Below the pieces are notes generated by a model, which did not search any database, was not told the origin of the DNA, and saw nothing but the letters and a program-made list of their open reading frames with translations. Source: a virus. From it: a stretch of 64,000 nt of DNA. Positions 28,302 through 37,054 of the stretch are shown here, one piece after another. The position numbers were made by a program, and so were the translations under genes. The number at the start of each line of letters is the position of its first letter. Positions within the stretch are counted from its first letter, which is position 1. Location of the stretch: positions 25,078 to 89,077 of IMG/VR virus record IMGVR_UViG_3300045988_129305; one strand, 5' to 3'.

Positions 28302-28481
28302 TTACAATTTACAATAAAGTCCGCAATGACACCAGCCGGATTCTTGTTCTCTAAATTCTTTGCACATACACTTATTTTCTGGTATGTGCTCAAGTCGGCA
28401 TGGGCAATAATTATCATTCGCCTTTAATGCCGCTCTTATTTCTTGCTTTTTATTTTCGTCGCTTGTTACTTCTATTCTCAA
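28302..28481 (-). CDS. small Cys-rich protein resembling the ferredoxin:thioredoxin reductase catalytic subunit (59 aa, not in the track)
   Basis: TTG start overlaps the nrdG stop (TTGA) and is preceded by GAGGTG. Translation ..NDNYCPCRLEHIPENKCMCKEFREQESGWCHCGLYCKL has a CPC / CxC / CHC triad. Confidence 0.55.
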   Translation of the reverse strand: MRIEVTSDENKKQEIRAALKANDNYCPCRLEHIPENKCMCKEFREQESGWCHCGLYCKL

Positions 28482-28984
28482 CTTATCACCTCTGCATATT
28501 GGTTATCACTTATTAGATTCACACCTAATACAGAATCAAAATGCGGTTTATTATTCGGCTTGAATCGGCCAAATTTAACAGTAATATTTTTCAACATTCT
28601 TAACATATACAATTCAGACAACTCGTGTTTATCATATCCAGTATATATAACAAACATATCGTCACAACCTTTAGCCCTGAAATAAAGAATTAGTTGAAAT
28701 ATTTCTTCAAATTGGTCGAATGGCTCTAAACCACCTATTACTATTGCTTTTGTGATTGGATTATTTATATAAGCTTGATATATAGATTCATATGAATATG
28801 TCTTAGTAGGTTGTTTAATCAATGATTGATTTTGGCATATAGATATATCTATATTAGCTTCTTTACAACATTTCCAATCACATATTGATGTTATAAGAAA
28901 CATGGAGGGGACTTTGTAATTAACAAAGTCCTCCATCACTATGCCCTTTAACCTTATTTTATCATACGATGCCATCTTTGTCAA
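28478..28984 (-). CDS. nrdG: anaerobic RNR activating protein-like (radical SAM)
   Basis: Lies immediately downstream of and overlapping nrdD, about 150-168 aa. Has Cys cluster SICDWKCC and VIGGLEPF. The CxxxCxxC motif is not canonical and the start codon is uncertain (28984, 28975 or 28936). Confidence 0.65.
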   Translation of the reverse strand: MTKMASYDKIRLKGIVMEDFVNYKVPSMFLITSICDWKCCKEANIDISICQNQSLIKQPTKTYSYESIYQAYINNPITKAIVIGGLEPFDQFEEIFQLILYFRAKGCDDMFVIYTGYDKHELSELYMLRMLKNITVKFGRFKPNNKPHFDSVLGVNLISDNQYAEVIS

Positions 28985-30884
28985 GTACGTTGTACCACTG
29001 GCGCTTATTAAATTCTTTCTTACGAATTGCTTGATAGCCTGAAACTGGTGTATAAAAGCCGACTACACGTGAGTATTGGTCATTCATAGGCTTGCCGCAC
29101 TGAGGACAATTCTGTGTGCCAATAAAGGCATGTTTATCTTCACATACATTTATCTTGGTTGTAAAAGCAAAGTAAATAACACCTTGAGACGCAACATAAT
29201 TAAGCATATCCCACGCCATTTCTTCATTGGGGAATCTATTCTCAATGTCGATATGAGCTATGCAACCGCCACCACACTTAGCGTCAAATAAATGTCCGAG
29301 GCGGCATTTCTCCTGAATTGTGCATTTTTCAGTAAGTGGAATCCACTGATTAGAATAGATAAAATATTTATCCTGTTCAAAAAGCAGATTATCAGCGGCA
29401 CAAATAACGCCAGCACAATTTTCTGCGGGAATCATTTCTACATTAAAGCTGAAATCACACTCGAAATTATCTTTAACGGCATTGATTGTATCGAGTATCT
29501 GTGAAGCAAAATCGACGGCTTCATCTGAGTAAGATTTATTGCCAAATTCATCTGTATGAATAAAGCCAAATAAATCCATTGCTTCATACATACCGATACC
29601 ACCGATAGTACAGAACTGCTTATCAAGCTCAACAGCACCGTCTTGATAGTTAGGAAGCAAGCCTTTTTCTATATTTCGCTCAATAATATGTCGCATAGAT
29701 GTGAGAGCCTTACAGTCAAGCAACACCCTATCTTTGAGTATCTTGAGATATTTCTTCCTATCAAATTCGCTTTCATAAGCTATGCGGACAAGATTTATTG
29801 TGCTTACTCGACAAGAACCAACTGAAAGAGCCGTACCGCCGATGCTATTGATAAACGCATCGAGCTTCTTAGTATCAGACAGCAGCCTACAACAGTTGCT
29901 CAATACACCAACATTATCGCTTACAAAGAAATTACTATCAGACCATTTAATATTATGGCTTGAGCACCATCTTGCGAATGGCTCGTCAACAAACTTCCCG
30001 TCCTGATAAAGTAGAGAGTAGGTTAAAACCGGAAAAGTGAACATTTGTTCATCTCGAATTTCACTTACTACTTCCATAAATATCTGCTGGCATTTTATTA
30101 GTTCTTCTATCTGATCAATAGCGCATGAGCCGTCAGGGAATACAACGCCACCAAACAGAGATTCAAGATAAGGGCGGTCAAATATGCTTACATTTGTAAA
30201 TGCACACTGATCTATTCTAAGAAACGGCTGATTGAGGCGATATACAAGTTTCTGAAAATTCTGTCTAAGATATGTGTCGGGGTCTTTCAAATAATATACA
30301 TTAGCTACATCATTCTTCCAGAAATAATATGCCCAAATAAGAACATTAGGCATACCAACCGCGCCTGACTGCCGATTAGATAGAAACGACACAAATTCTA
30401 TTACATCGTCAAGGTATGTCGTAAGATGCTTCGGAGGCTGATTATTATAACCCTCGATAAAGAACAGACCCTCAGTAGCCAGTCGAGTAAAATCATTCGC
30501 CCAGCAATAAGGGAAGTAACTAGCTGTAGCCGAGTCGTTCAAGTAAAACCCCTTGCTAAACTCTTGTTCAAGCCACTGTTTAGCCGTTCTCAGTCCCCAG
30601 TGCTTTTTAATCTCAAGGAATATCTTATTAAGTCCAAAGAGCTTATCTTCGCTCTTGCCCTTTTCGGTCATAAATGAACGAATGTCTTTATGTCTTGCAT
30701 TGGCGTTAGGGTCTATGGTTGCATCCGCCATAGTGTCTTTATCGACGAACTTATCAAGAAATTCACTGAAATCAAGCTGGCTGGGATGAATACCGTTAAT
30801 ATATTCAAACTCCTCACCATACTTTTTCTTCAGGTCATCGAGGCAACGTTCAAAATCTTTAGTAAGCTTTAGTGTTATATCCAT
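28962..30884 (-). CDS. nrdD: anaerobic ribonucleoside-triphosphate reductase (class III)
   Basis: 640 aa. C-terminal Zn site C..C..CPQCG followed by the glycyl-radical loop SRVVGFYTPV. Confidence 0.9.
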   Translation of the reverse strand: MDITLKLTKDFERCLDDLKKKYGEEFEYINGIHPSQLDFSEFLDKFVDKDTMADATIDPNANARHKDIRSFMTEKGKSEDKLFGLNKIFLEIKKHWGLRTAKQWLEQEFSKGFYLNDSATASYFPYCWANDFTRLATEGLFFIEGYNNQPPKHLTTYLDDVIEFVSFLSNRQSGAVGMPNVLIWAYYFWKNDVANVYYLKDPDTYLRQNFQKLVYRLNQPFLRIDQCAFTNVSIFDRPYLESLFGGVVFPDGSCAIDQIEELIKCQQIFMEVVSEIRDEQMFTFPVLTYSLLYQDGKFVDEPFARWCSSHNIKWSDSNFFVSDNVGVLSNCCRLLSDTKKLDAFINSIGGTALSVGSCRVSTINLVRIAYESEFDRKKYLKILKDRVLLDCKALTSMRHIIERNIEKGLLPNYQDGAVELDKQFCTIGGIGMYEAMDLFGFIHTDEFGNKSYSDEAVDFASQILDTINAVKDNFECDFSFNVEMIPAENCAGVICAADNLLFEQDKYFIYSNQWIPLTEKCTIQEKCRLGHLFDAKCGGGCIAHIDIENRFPNEEMAWDMLNYVASQGVIYFAFTTKINVCEDKHAFIGTQNCPQCGKPMNDQYSRVVGFYTPVSGYQAIRKKEFNKRQWYNVLDKDGIV

Positions 30885-30887
30885 AGA

Positions 30888-31085
30888 TTACTGATTATTC
30901 ACCCACTTTACTGCTGTATTAAAATCCATAAGTTCGCTATCTACTTCGAGATAAGGTGCAGTTTTAATGCCCTTATTAAGCATAGTATCTATATTATCTA
31001 TTTCTGTATAAGATAGATTTTTCTGCTTGAGCTTCATTTCGAGCACCTTGCACTTAGGACAATGAGTTGAATACAATACAATCAA
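30888..31085 (-). CDS. glutaredoxin/NrdH-like redoxin
   Basis: 65 aa, YSTHCPKCKVL (CxxC in a thioredoxin-fold context), TTG start after AAGGAGG. Confidence 0.75.
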   Translation of the reverse strand: MIVLYSTHCPKCKVLEMKLKQKNLSYTEIDNIDTMLNKGIKTAPYLEVDSELMDFNTAVKWVNNQ

Positions 31086-31089
31086 ATAA

Positions 31090-31269
31090 TCAATCCTCCT
31101 TAATCCATATACATATACTTGAGTTTTTGCTATTATCTATATCAATGACAGGTATAATGTCACTAATATCAACTAATTTATTGTTCCTACGAATACGAAT
31201 AGGCGTGTTAGGGTCATGTTCTGATAGAGCAGATATGAGCTGACCGACAGTATCAATTTTAATTGCCAT
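31090..31269 (-). CDS. small hypothetical protein (59 aa, not in the track)
   Basis: ATG 31269 overlaps the helicase stop. Its stop is 4 nt before the redoxin TTG. Confidence 0.4.
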   Translation of the reverse strand: MAIKIDTVGQLISALSEHDPNTPIRIRRNNKLVDISDIIPVIDIDNSKNSSICIWIKED

Positions 31270-32953
31270 TTACCAACAACTCCTTTAGCCAAGTATTGCG
31301 GCGTTTTTCTTCTTGAATTTTTAGCGATTCATTGATAGTATCTATATCGCCGATTACTACCAATTTTTCTTGCGCACGGCTCATAGCCACATAGCACAAA
31401 TTTCGTGTCAAAAAGAAACCATGGCTTTTATCTATAACAACAATTACGGCTTTGGCTTGCATACCTTGCACTTTATGTACAGTTAAACAATAGCCTAATA
31501 GTTGCTTATATATATCGCCCTTTTCAAGATAAGCTATGCCGCTTTCAAATTGAGCCTCAAGCAAACCACTTGATTCATCATATCCCACTACTTTACCAAC
31601 ATCGCCATTCATAACAGGTATATCAGCGAAGTTTTCACCCATCATGTGATAGTTGTTTTCTGTGTTAACTATTATATCATTGGTCTTAAAATCTATTTCA
31701 ACTGATTGCCGAGTATAAGATGTTAATGTTGGGTTAGAATTATACTTATCTTGAATAACTTTATTGATAACGTATGTACCCAATTCTTTAACATTAAACG
31801 GCGATAATATCAATATATCATCTCGTTTATATGTTTTAAGCAATTCGGCATATACATTTAATACATCATTTATCGGCTTTTTATCTATTTGAATAAACGA
31901 ATAATCATTAAATTCTGTATTAGCCGATATTTCTTTGCCTGTACGAACATCGGTAGCTATAGTTGCAAGCCCACTTGTACCATATCTAAATACATGAGTT
32001 AGATTAACTATTGGGACTATGCCGCCATCTATTATATCTTTTACTATATTTCCACAAGATATTGATGCCAACTGAGCTTCATCGCAGATAAGGATTATTT
32101 TTGTTTTTTTAGGGAGATTAGTAAATAATAGCCCTAATAGATTTACGCCGACCATGCTGCACTCATCTATTATAAGATATTCGCCCATAGCATTACCACT
32201 TGCGAGAAAACGATGAATAGTAGAAGCATCTTTGCCTGTTGCTTGTCTAAGCCGTTTTGCGGCTATACCAGTTGGGGCTAATAGGGTAAATGATTTACCA
32301 TTATCATATAGCATTTGTGTTAATGCTCTTGTAGTTTGTGTTTTTCCCGTGCCCGAATAGCCGTTTAACATAACAACACTATTATTACAAACAGACTCAA
32401 GCAAACTCATTTGTTCATCTGTAAGCTCAATATCATCTATATTACGATATTTTCGCCAATCCATATTATCAATGCCTGGATTATTTATTCGTTTCTTTAT
32501 TTCTTCAGCTATAAGCGATTCATTATAATATGTACTTGCTATGCTTGTAGCCTTAGATGATTTATCGTAATATATTCTATCCCAAGTTGTAACAGCTTCA
32601 TATACATAATCAATAAGCTCAGGATAATTTTGGCTTATTTGATTAAATAATATACTTGCATTTAGCTTGGTATGACCTTTAGCTTCATTTTGCTTGAGCA
32701 GATATAAACAGCACCATCTACATCTTTCAGCCGATGAACGCAAGCCGGGGAATAGCTCAAGTATCAGAGCGTCGGCATTTTTGAACGGCTTATCAAGATA
32801 TTCATGTATCATGTGATAAGGCTCGGCTCTTACCTTGGCTTCAAATTCGGCTGGACTGGGATATATCCTTTTAATAGAATTATATTTTCTTGTCGAATAT
32901 ATCTTATATTTCTTTTTTATTTCAGCCCAACCAGACGATTTAGCCAATTTCAA
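31259..32953 (-). CDS. RecD-like (SF1B) DNA helicase
   Basis: Walker A GYSGTGKT, Walker B IIDECSM, and C-terminal TVHKVQGMQAKAVIV and YVAMSRAQEKL. Confidence 0.85.
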   Translation of the reverse strand: MKLAKSSGWAEIKKKYKIYSTRKYNSIKRIYPSPAEFEAKVRAEPYHMIHEYLDKPFKNADALILELFPGLRSSAERCRWCCLYLLKQNEAKGHTKLNASILFNQISQNYPELIDYVYEAVTTWDRIYYDKSSKATSIASTYYNESLIAEEIKKRINNPGIDNMDWRKYRNIDDIELTDEQMSLLESVCNNSVVMLNGYSGTGKTQTTRALTQMLYDNGKSFTLLAPTGIAAKRLRQATGKDASTIHRFLASGNAMGEYLIIDECSMVGVNLLGLLFTNLPKKTKIILICDEAQLASISCGNIVKDIIDGGIVPIVNLTHVFRYGTSGLATIATDVRTGKEISANTEFNDYSFIQIDKKPINDVLNVYAELLKTYKRDDILILSPFNVKELGTYVINKVIQDKYNSNPTLTSYTRQSVEIDFKTNDIIVNTENNYHMMGENFADIPVMNGDVGKVVGYDESSGLLEAQFESGIAYLEKGDIYKQLLGYCLTVHKVQGMQAKAVIVVIDKSHGFFLTRNLCYVAMSRAQEKLVVIGDIDTINESLKIQEEKRRNTWLKELLVNGN

Positions 32954-32974
32954 TCCACCTCTTTTCTATAAGAG

Positions 32975-33003
32975 ATTATATCAGATATGTGTTAATTTGT
33001 CAA
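32975..33003 (-). promoter_or_regulatory. sigma-A-type promoter
   Basis: On the - strand: TTGACA (33003-32998), 17 nt, TATAAT (32980-32975). Upstream of the helicase. Confidence 0.65.
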
Positions 33004-33285
33004 GACCTCTTCGCCATAAAGTAGTTTTCGGCAATGCTCATTCCATGCAAGTTCAAGATTATAACAAATCTGCTTAAATGTGCCATCATAATACTCTTCC
33101 AAGTCTCTATTTAGTACATTTGGGTCGTATTTGATAAACCAATAGAAATCTACTTTTCTATTAAAGAAACAAAGATATTTGTCTGTTGTATATGGCAGGT
33201 CATCCTCGCGTCGTTCAATAGTTAAAAGATATTTCTCACTCAGGTCTTTAACAAGAAGGTTAATCCAATTATATATCTTATTCAT
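32992..33285 (-). CDS. hypothetical early protein
   Basis: 97-aa ORF with a 4-nt overlap with the upstream ORF. Confidence 0.55.
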   Translation of the reverse strand: MNKIYNWINLLVKDLSEKYLLTIERREDDLPYTTDKYLCFFNRKVDFYWFIKYDPNVLNRDLEEYYDGTFKQICYNLELAWNEHCRKLLYGEEVLTN

Positions 33286-33548
33286 ACTCTATACAACCTA
33301 TTCATCCATTTTTCTTCAAGCTCAATCATGATTTCTCCAAGAATAAGATTGTAACTACCCATAAGATAGGTTGGGTTAAAACAGTATGTAAAAGCCAAAT
33401 GACTATCGGACGCACCTATTAGCTGGCATGCCAACCCTATGCTATTTGGTACTGTAGTTTCAACAAATTTGCATTTGACATTATATCGCCGTTCCAAATC
33501 GGCTTTAAGATTATCCATTAAATCGCTCATATGTTTATAAACCATCAT
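33282..33548 (-). CDS. hypothetical early protein
   Basis: 88-aa ORF with SD GGAGGATAAATGATG. Confidence 0.55.
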   Translation of the reverse strand: MMVYKHMSDLMDNLKADLERRYNVKCKFVETTVPNSIGLACQLIGASDSHLAFTYCFNPTYLMGSYNLILGEIMIELEEKWMNRLYRV

Positions 33549-33556
33549 TTATCCTC

Positions 33557-34012
33557 CTATTTAATATTAAGATTTTCCATAAGCTGTTTTGTTTTAGCCT
33601 CTGTTTCGGCATTATTCTTTTCAATTTCAGCGCGAATATTTCGGATTAAATCACTCATTGCAACATTTAAGTCTCTTAGCGCATTGCGTTTTGCTTGCTC
33701 TTTAGCAACGCGATTAAACCATTTTTTATATTTGTAAACTTCGCCATAAGTAGTAAAATGAAACTCTTGTCCGCTGGCAATATAATAGGCCGATTCGTAA
33801 TAAAGTAGCCATTTCTTGGGATTAAGATTATAAAAAGAGAGAAATTGAGGAAAGGTTAAGCAAGGAGCGAACCTCTTGTTTTCCCTTGTTTTACAAAAAT
33901 ATAATAAAAAATAAATAAGTTTATCCTCACATCCCAATATCAAATAGATGGAGTATACACCAACGAAAATGAGACCGAATAGTCCAAGTAATGCTATTGT
34001 TTTACCTATCAT
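33557..34012 (-). CDS. hypothetical membrane-anchored protein
   Basis: 151 aa with an N-terminal hydrophobic helix TIALLGLFGLIFVGVYSIYLIL. Confidence 0.55.
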   Translation of the reverse strand: MIGKTIALLGLFGLIFVGVYSIYLILGCEDKLIYFLLYFCKTRENKRFAPCLTFPQFLSFYNLNPKKWLLYYESAYYIASGQEFHFTTYGEVYKYKKWFNRVAKEQAKRNALRDLNVAMSDLIRNIRAEIEKNNAETEAKTKQLMENLNIK

Positions 34013-34176
34013 TATTCATCCTCCTCATACTCAAAATCCCATCCACTTGGAGCAGAATTAAATGGACAAAATCCATCAACGCAAAGACAACATTCGTGAC
34101 AATTCTTAGCTTTATCACAGTATTTCATTATTTCTATTGCGCATTTCTTGAGTTTATCAGATTTTTTAATATTCAT
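34012..34176 (-). CDS. small Cys-rich protein (54 aa, not in the track)
   Basis: ATGA overlap upstream and TAATG overlap downstream. ..CAIEIMKYCDKAKNCHECCLCVDGFCPF.. followed by an acidic tail. Confidence 0.45.
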   Translation of the reverse strand: MNIKKSDKLKKCAIEIMKYCDKAKNCHECCLCVDGFCPFNSAPSGWDFEYEEDE

Positions 34177-34532
34177 ATCGTTTTACCTATTTTCTTAAAT
34201 ATTACTATTTTATCGTTACGTGTACGAATGAGATAAATGCTTTCGTGATACGATATTATGTACAGCATTGCATTGCTATCACCTTCACTGTCTATAATTT
34301 CGCCGTATCTTACTATTTGCCAAGGATAATCTTCAAAACAACAGGCCGGAATATTAAATCTACTGGACACATAATATTCTGAATTGACAGTCGGGATTGA
34401 AACATCAATTTCTTTGCCCCAAGGAACATCATCCTTATCTATCATTGCGATGGAACTATTGGCATCAATATAATATCCATTTTCGATAGCCATTTCTTTT
34501 GCTTTATCCCATGACATAAGTTTAAGTTTCAT
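34173..34532 (-). CDS. hypothetical protein, tandem paralog B
   Basis: 119 aa. Shares MS(W/F)(D/N)KA..NGY..DD(V/A)PWG..YY..IP..CFE..KKIG with 34522-34938. Confidence 0.6.
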   Translation of the reverse strand: MKLKLMSWDKAKEMAIENGYYIDANSSIAMIDKDDVPWGKEIDVSIPTVNSEYYVSSRFNIPACCFEDYPWQIVRYGEIIDSEGDSNAMLYIISYHESIYLIRTRNDKIVIFKKIGKTI

Positions 34533-34938
34533 TGTTTGCTCTCCCTATTTTCTTAAATTCTACAGTTTTGCCATTTACTATCTTAATATAATAAATATAA
34601 CCGCAACAATTAATAATCACAATGCGAACACAATAAGCGCTTTCATTGTTAGTATCATAAAGCTGGTCATCTGTAATAATTGTACCGTAACGAAGAACAA
34701 GCGATGAATCAACAGCTGTGATAGCCGCTTCAAAACAGTAAGAGGGTATAGAATAGTGATGAAAAGTATAATATTTGTCATCCAAATTATTACATTCAAC
34801 CATTATCTTCTCACCCCAAGGTGCGTCATCTTCTGTAAGCCCACAAATTTGATTTCGATGCGGTATGGTAAAATACCCATTGGAACGCGCGACGTCCATA
34901 GCTTTATTGAACGACATAAGCTCTGCTATCATTTTCAT
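34522..34938 (-). CDS. hypothetical protein, tandem paralog A
   Basis: 138 aa, AAGGAGG SD. Paralogous to 34173-34532. Confidence 0.6.
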   Translation of the reverse strand: MKMIAELMSFNKAMDVARSNGYFTIPHRNQICGLTEDDAPWGEKIMVECNNLDDKYYTFHHYSIPSYCFEAAITAVDSSLVLRYGTIITDDQLYDTNNESAYCVRIVIINCCGYIYYIKIVNGKTVEFKKIGRANNET

Positions 34939-34945
34939 AAGAAAT

Positions 34946-34998
34946 AACCTCCTTGATTTATGTAATCACAATATATCATAAATCAAGGAGGTTGTCAA
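34946..34998 (-). promoter_or_regulatory. 17-bp hairpin overlapping a promoter and the next gene's SD
   Basis: Perfect inverted repeat AACCTCCTTGATTTATG (34946-34962) / CATAAATCAAGGAGGTT (34977-34993). On the - strand: TTGACA (34998-34993), 17 nt, TATATT (34975-34970). The 3' arm of the RNA hairpin carries the AAGGAGG SD of gene 34522-34938. Confidence 0.6.
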
Positions 34999-35001
34999 GG
35001 G

Positions 35002-35643
35002 TCATTCTACGAAATTCTTAAAATCTTTCCATTTAATTTTAACGATTATCCTATTGCCGAGTCGATCTTTCATTTCAACTTTGGGTCTACCAACAACACC
35101 TTCCATAGCCGCCTTACCAATTGTTGAATTATTATGTTGCATCACACAATCAATTCCATCGCCAATAGTACCTTCCAGTACAATAGGAACAACATCAACA
35201 TTAAACATCTTAGCCGTAGCTTCAACCCATTCACGAGACTGCCAATTATCGCCAATTAGTACATCAAATAAAATAAACGATACATCAGAACGATAATCGC
35301 CGCCATTCTGTATTTTAGCTCCATAGCCTTCACCGAATAGCATTACATCTTTCTCGCCATAAGTCTGTTCAAATAGCTCTTCAACTTCGGGCGTAAGAAA
35401 TGTTGCGCTCAGATAATCCATAAGATGCTTAGGAATCTGTGCCCTATCAGTTCTGCCACCAATTTCTACATTATGCCCATCCCAATGTATTCTAATATTT
35501 GTTCCATCAATCTTTTCTGTAAACTGCCAAATATTGTCAGCAAGATATTCAACAGTTTCATTTCGATAATCGCCCCAAATAAGTCTCTTATCACCATCTG
35601 TAGAACGATTAAATACCGTTTCTATCTTATGATATTCACGCAT
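35002..35643 (-). CDS. ATP-dependent RNA (or DNA) ligase, small KxDG nucleotidyltransferase
   Basis: 213 aa. EKIDGTNIRI (motif I lysine), FGEGYG (motif IV-like) and KIKWKD (motif V-like). Confidence 0.8.
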   Translation of the reverse strand: MREYHKIETVFNRSTDGDKRLIWGDYRNETVEYLADNIWQFTEKIDGTNIRIHWDGHNVEIGGRTDRAQIPKHLMDYLSATFLTPEVEELFEQTYGEKDVMLFGEGYGAKIQNGGDYRSDVSFILFDVLIGDNWQSREWVEATAKMFNVDVVPIVLEGTIGDGIDCVMQHNNSTIGKAAMEGVVGRPKVEMKDRLGNRIIVKIKWKDFKNFVE

Positions 35644-35810
35644 TATTTTAATCTCCTTATCTTTTTTTTAATTCTGTGTCCTTTACTTATCATTTTAAGC
35701 ATTATCTTCTGATAACAAAATAATTTTATGCCAAAATACTGTTCAACAAATACGTCTGGATGTTTAGCATAAAGTTCCGAAATGAACGAATAAGCATCAT
35801 TCGTTTTCAT
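35643..35810 (-). CDS. small hypothetical protein (55 aa, not in the track)
   Basis: ATG 35810 overlaps the upstream stop. The TAATG junction overlaps the ligase start. Contains an A8 run near its 3' end. Confidence 0.4.
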   Translation of the reverse strand: MKTNDAYSFISELYAKHPDVFVEQYFGIKLFCYQKIMLKMISKGHRIKKKIRRLK

Positions 35811-36021
35811 CAAACTTAAAATTCCTATTCTTATCTATTAGTTCTTTTAATTCAATATAAGGTTGCTTGCCACATATCTTACAAGTATATTCCCACGGCT
35901 TATCCATATCATATATTTCTTTACCAATAGGCATACCACAATAACGGCATTTTAGAGCCAATGATTTACCAAGTTTATCAGTTTTCTTGACTTTCTTTAG
36001 CCAATTTCTTGCTCTGCTCAT
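35797..36021 (-). CDS. zinc-ribbon protein
   Basis: 74 aa, CRYCGMP..CKICGK. Overlaps the PP-loop gene end by 44 nt. Confidence 0.55.
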   Translation of the reverse strand: MSRARNWLKKVKKTDKLGKSLALKCRYCGMPIGKEIYDMDKPWEYTCKICGKQPYIELKELIDKNRNFKFDENE

Positions 36022-37054
36022 TTTCTTTCTCCTTATACTTTATACGATATTCATCTCGTTTGGCTTCATCACCGTCATTCCACCACTTTACGTTGATGAA
36101 ATCAAGGACTTTAGCCATACCAAGCCCTTTGTCAGGAACCCATTTACCAGATTCATCGTAATTGCCACCACGCATACAATAGTCATAGAGTTGTGGGTGT
36201 GTTTGAGCAAGGGTTTGAAAACGGTTTGGTTCTTTCTCAAGATGACATCCATAACCACAAAATACACAACCAGTCCGTTTATAATCAGTAAAGTAAAGAA
36301 TCCCATTAGTTTCTTTTAGTTCACCATAGACAGGCGCATAAGATAGATTGTATTTTTGGATGTATCGCAATACATCCTGTTCTGTCCAAAAAGCCATTGG
36401 TGTAGATATGAGAGCTTTTAAGTTAAAAGCATTATAACCTTGCAATAGCCATTGTTTTTCTCGTCTTTCGCTTTCGCAGGTCATCACGGCTGTCATTGGG
36501 TGTAAGTTGGTTCTTTTGTAATAATGTTTTAATGGTTCTTTTTTCATTTTATTGCAACAATTATCCCCAATGTTAAAATCGGCACTGGCACAATAATGAT
36601 ATTTATTTGGGAGCTTCATAGTAGTAGCCTTTCGCCCAGTAGCGGTAATGCCAGTTAATCTTAATCGCCTAGTTTGTTCATTGTGAGATGTTGGATGTTG
36701 CAAGTCCCAAATCATACGAGAACATTGTTTAGATATTATAGGATAACCGAATTTTGTAATAACTTCTCCGAATATCATTTTAGGCTTAACGATTTCAATA
36801 TTATTAAAAGTTTTGACAAACGCTCGGATTTCTGGAAATTCAAGCCCAGTATCACTGAAAACGCCTAAAACATTAGGATATGTACGTCTTACTAAATCAA
36901 GTAATACAGTAGAATCTTTACCACCTGAAAAACTCACACACACTTCCCCATTCCAACTTTCATACCACTCAATTATCCGGGCGGTAGAAATCTGGATTTT
37001 TTCTTCAAGGGGCTTGGATTGTAGTTCTCTCAAATCATCTTTTGTATGGCTCAT
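35978..37054 (-). CDS. PP-loop ATP pyrophosphatase of the PAPS-reductase family (DndC/SspD/TtcA-like)
   Basis: 358 aa. VCVSFSGGKDSTVLLDLV (SGGKDS PP-loop) and a C-terminal Cys cluster RTGCVFCGYGCH. Confidence 0.85.
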   Translation of the reverse strand: MSHTKDDLRELQSKPLEEKIQISTARIIEWYESWNGEVCVSFSGGKDSTVLLDLVRRTYPNVLGVFSDTGLEFPEIRAFVKTFNNIEIVKPKMIFGEVITKFGYPIISKQCSRMIWDLQHPTSHNEQTRRLRLTGITATGRKATTMKLPNKYHYCASADFNIGDNCCNKMKKEPLKHYYKRTNLHPMTAVMTCESERREKQWLLQGYNAFNLKALISTPMAFWTEQDVLRYIQKYNLSYAPVYGELKETNGILYFTDYKRTGCVFCGYGCHLEKEPNRFQTLAQTHPQLYDYCMRGGNYDESGKWVPDKGLGMAKVLDFINVKWWNDGDEAKRDEYRIKYKEKENEQSKKLAKESQEN

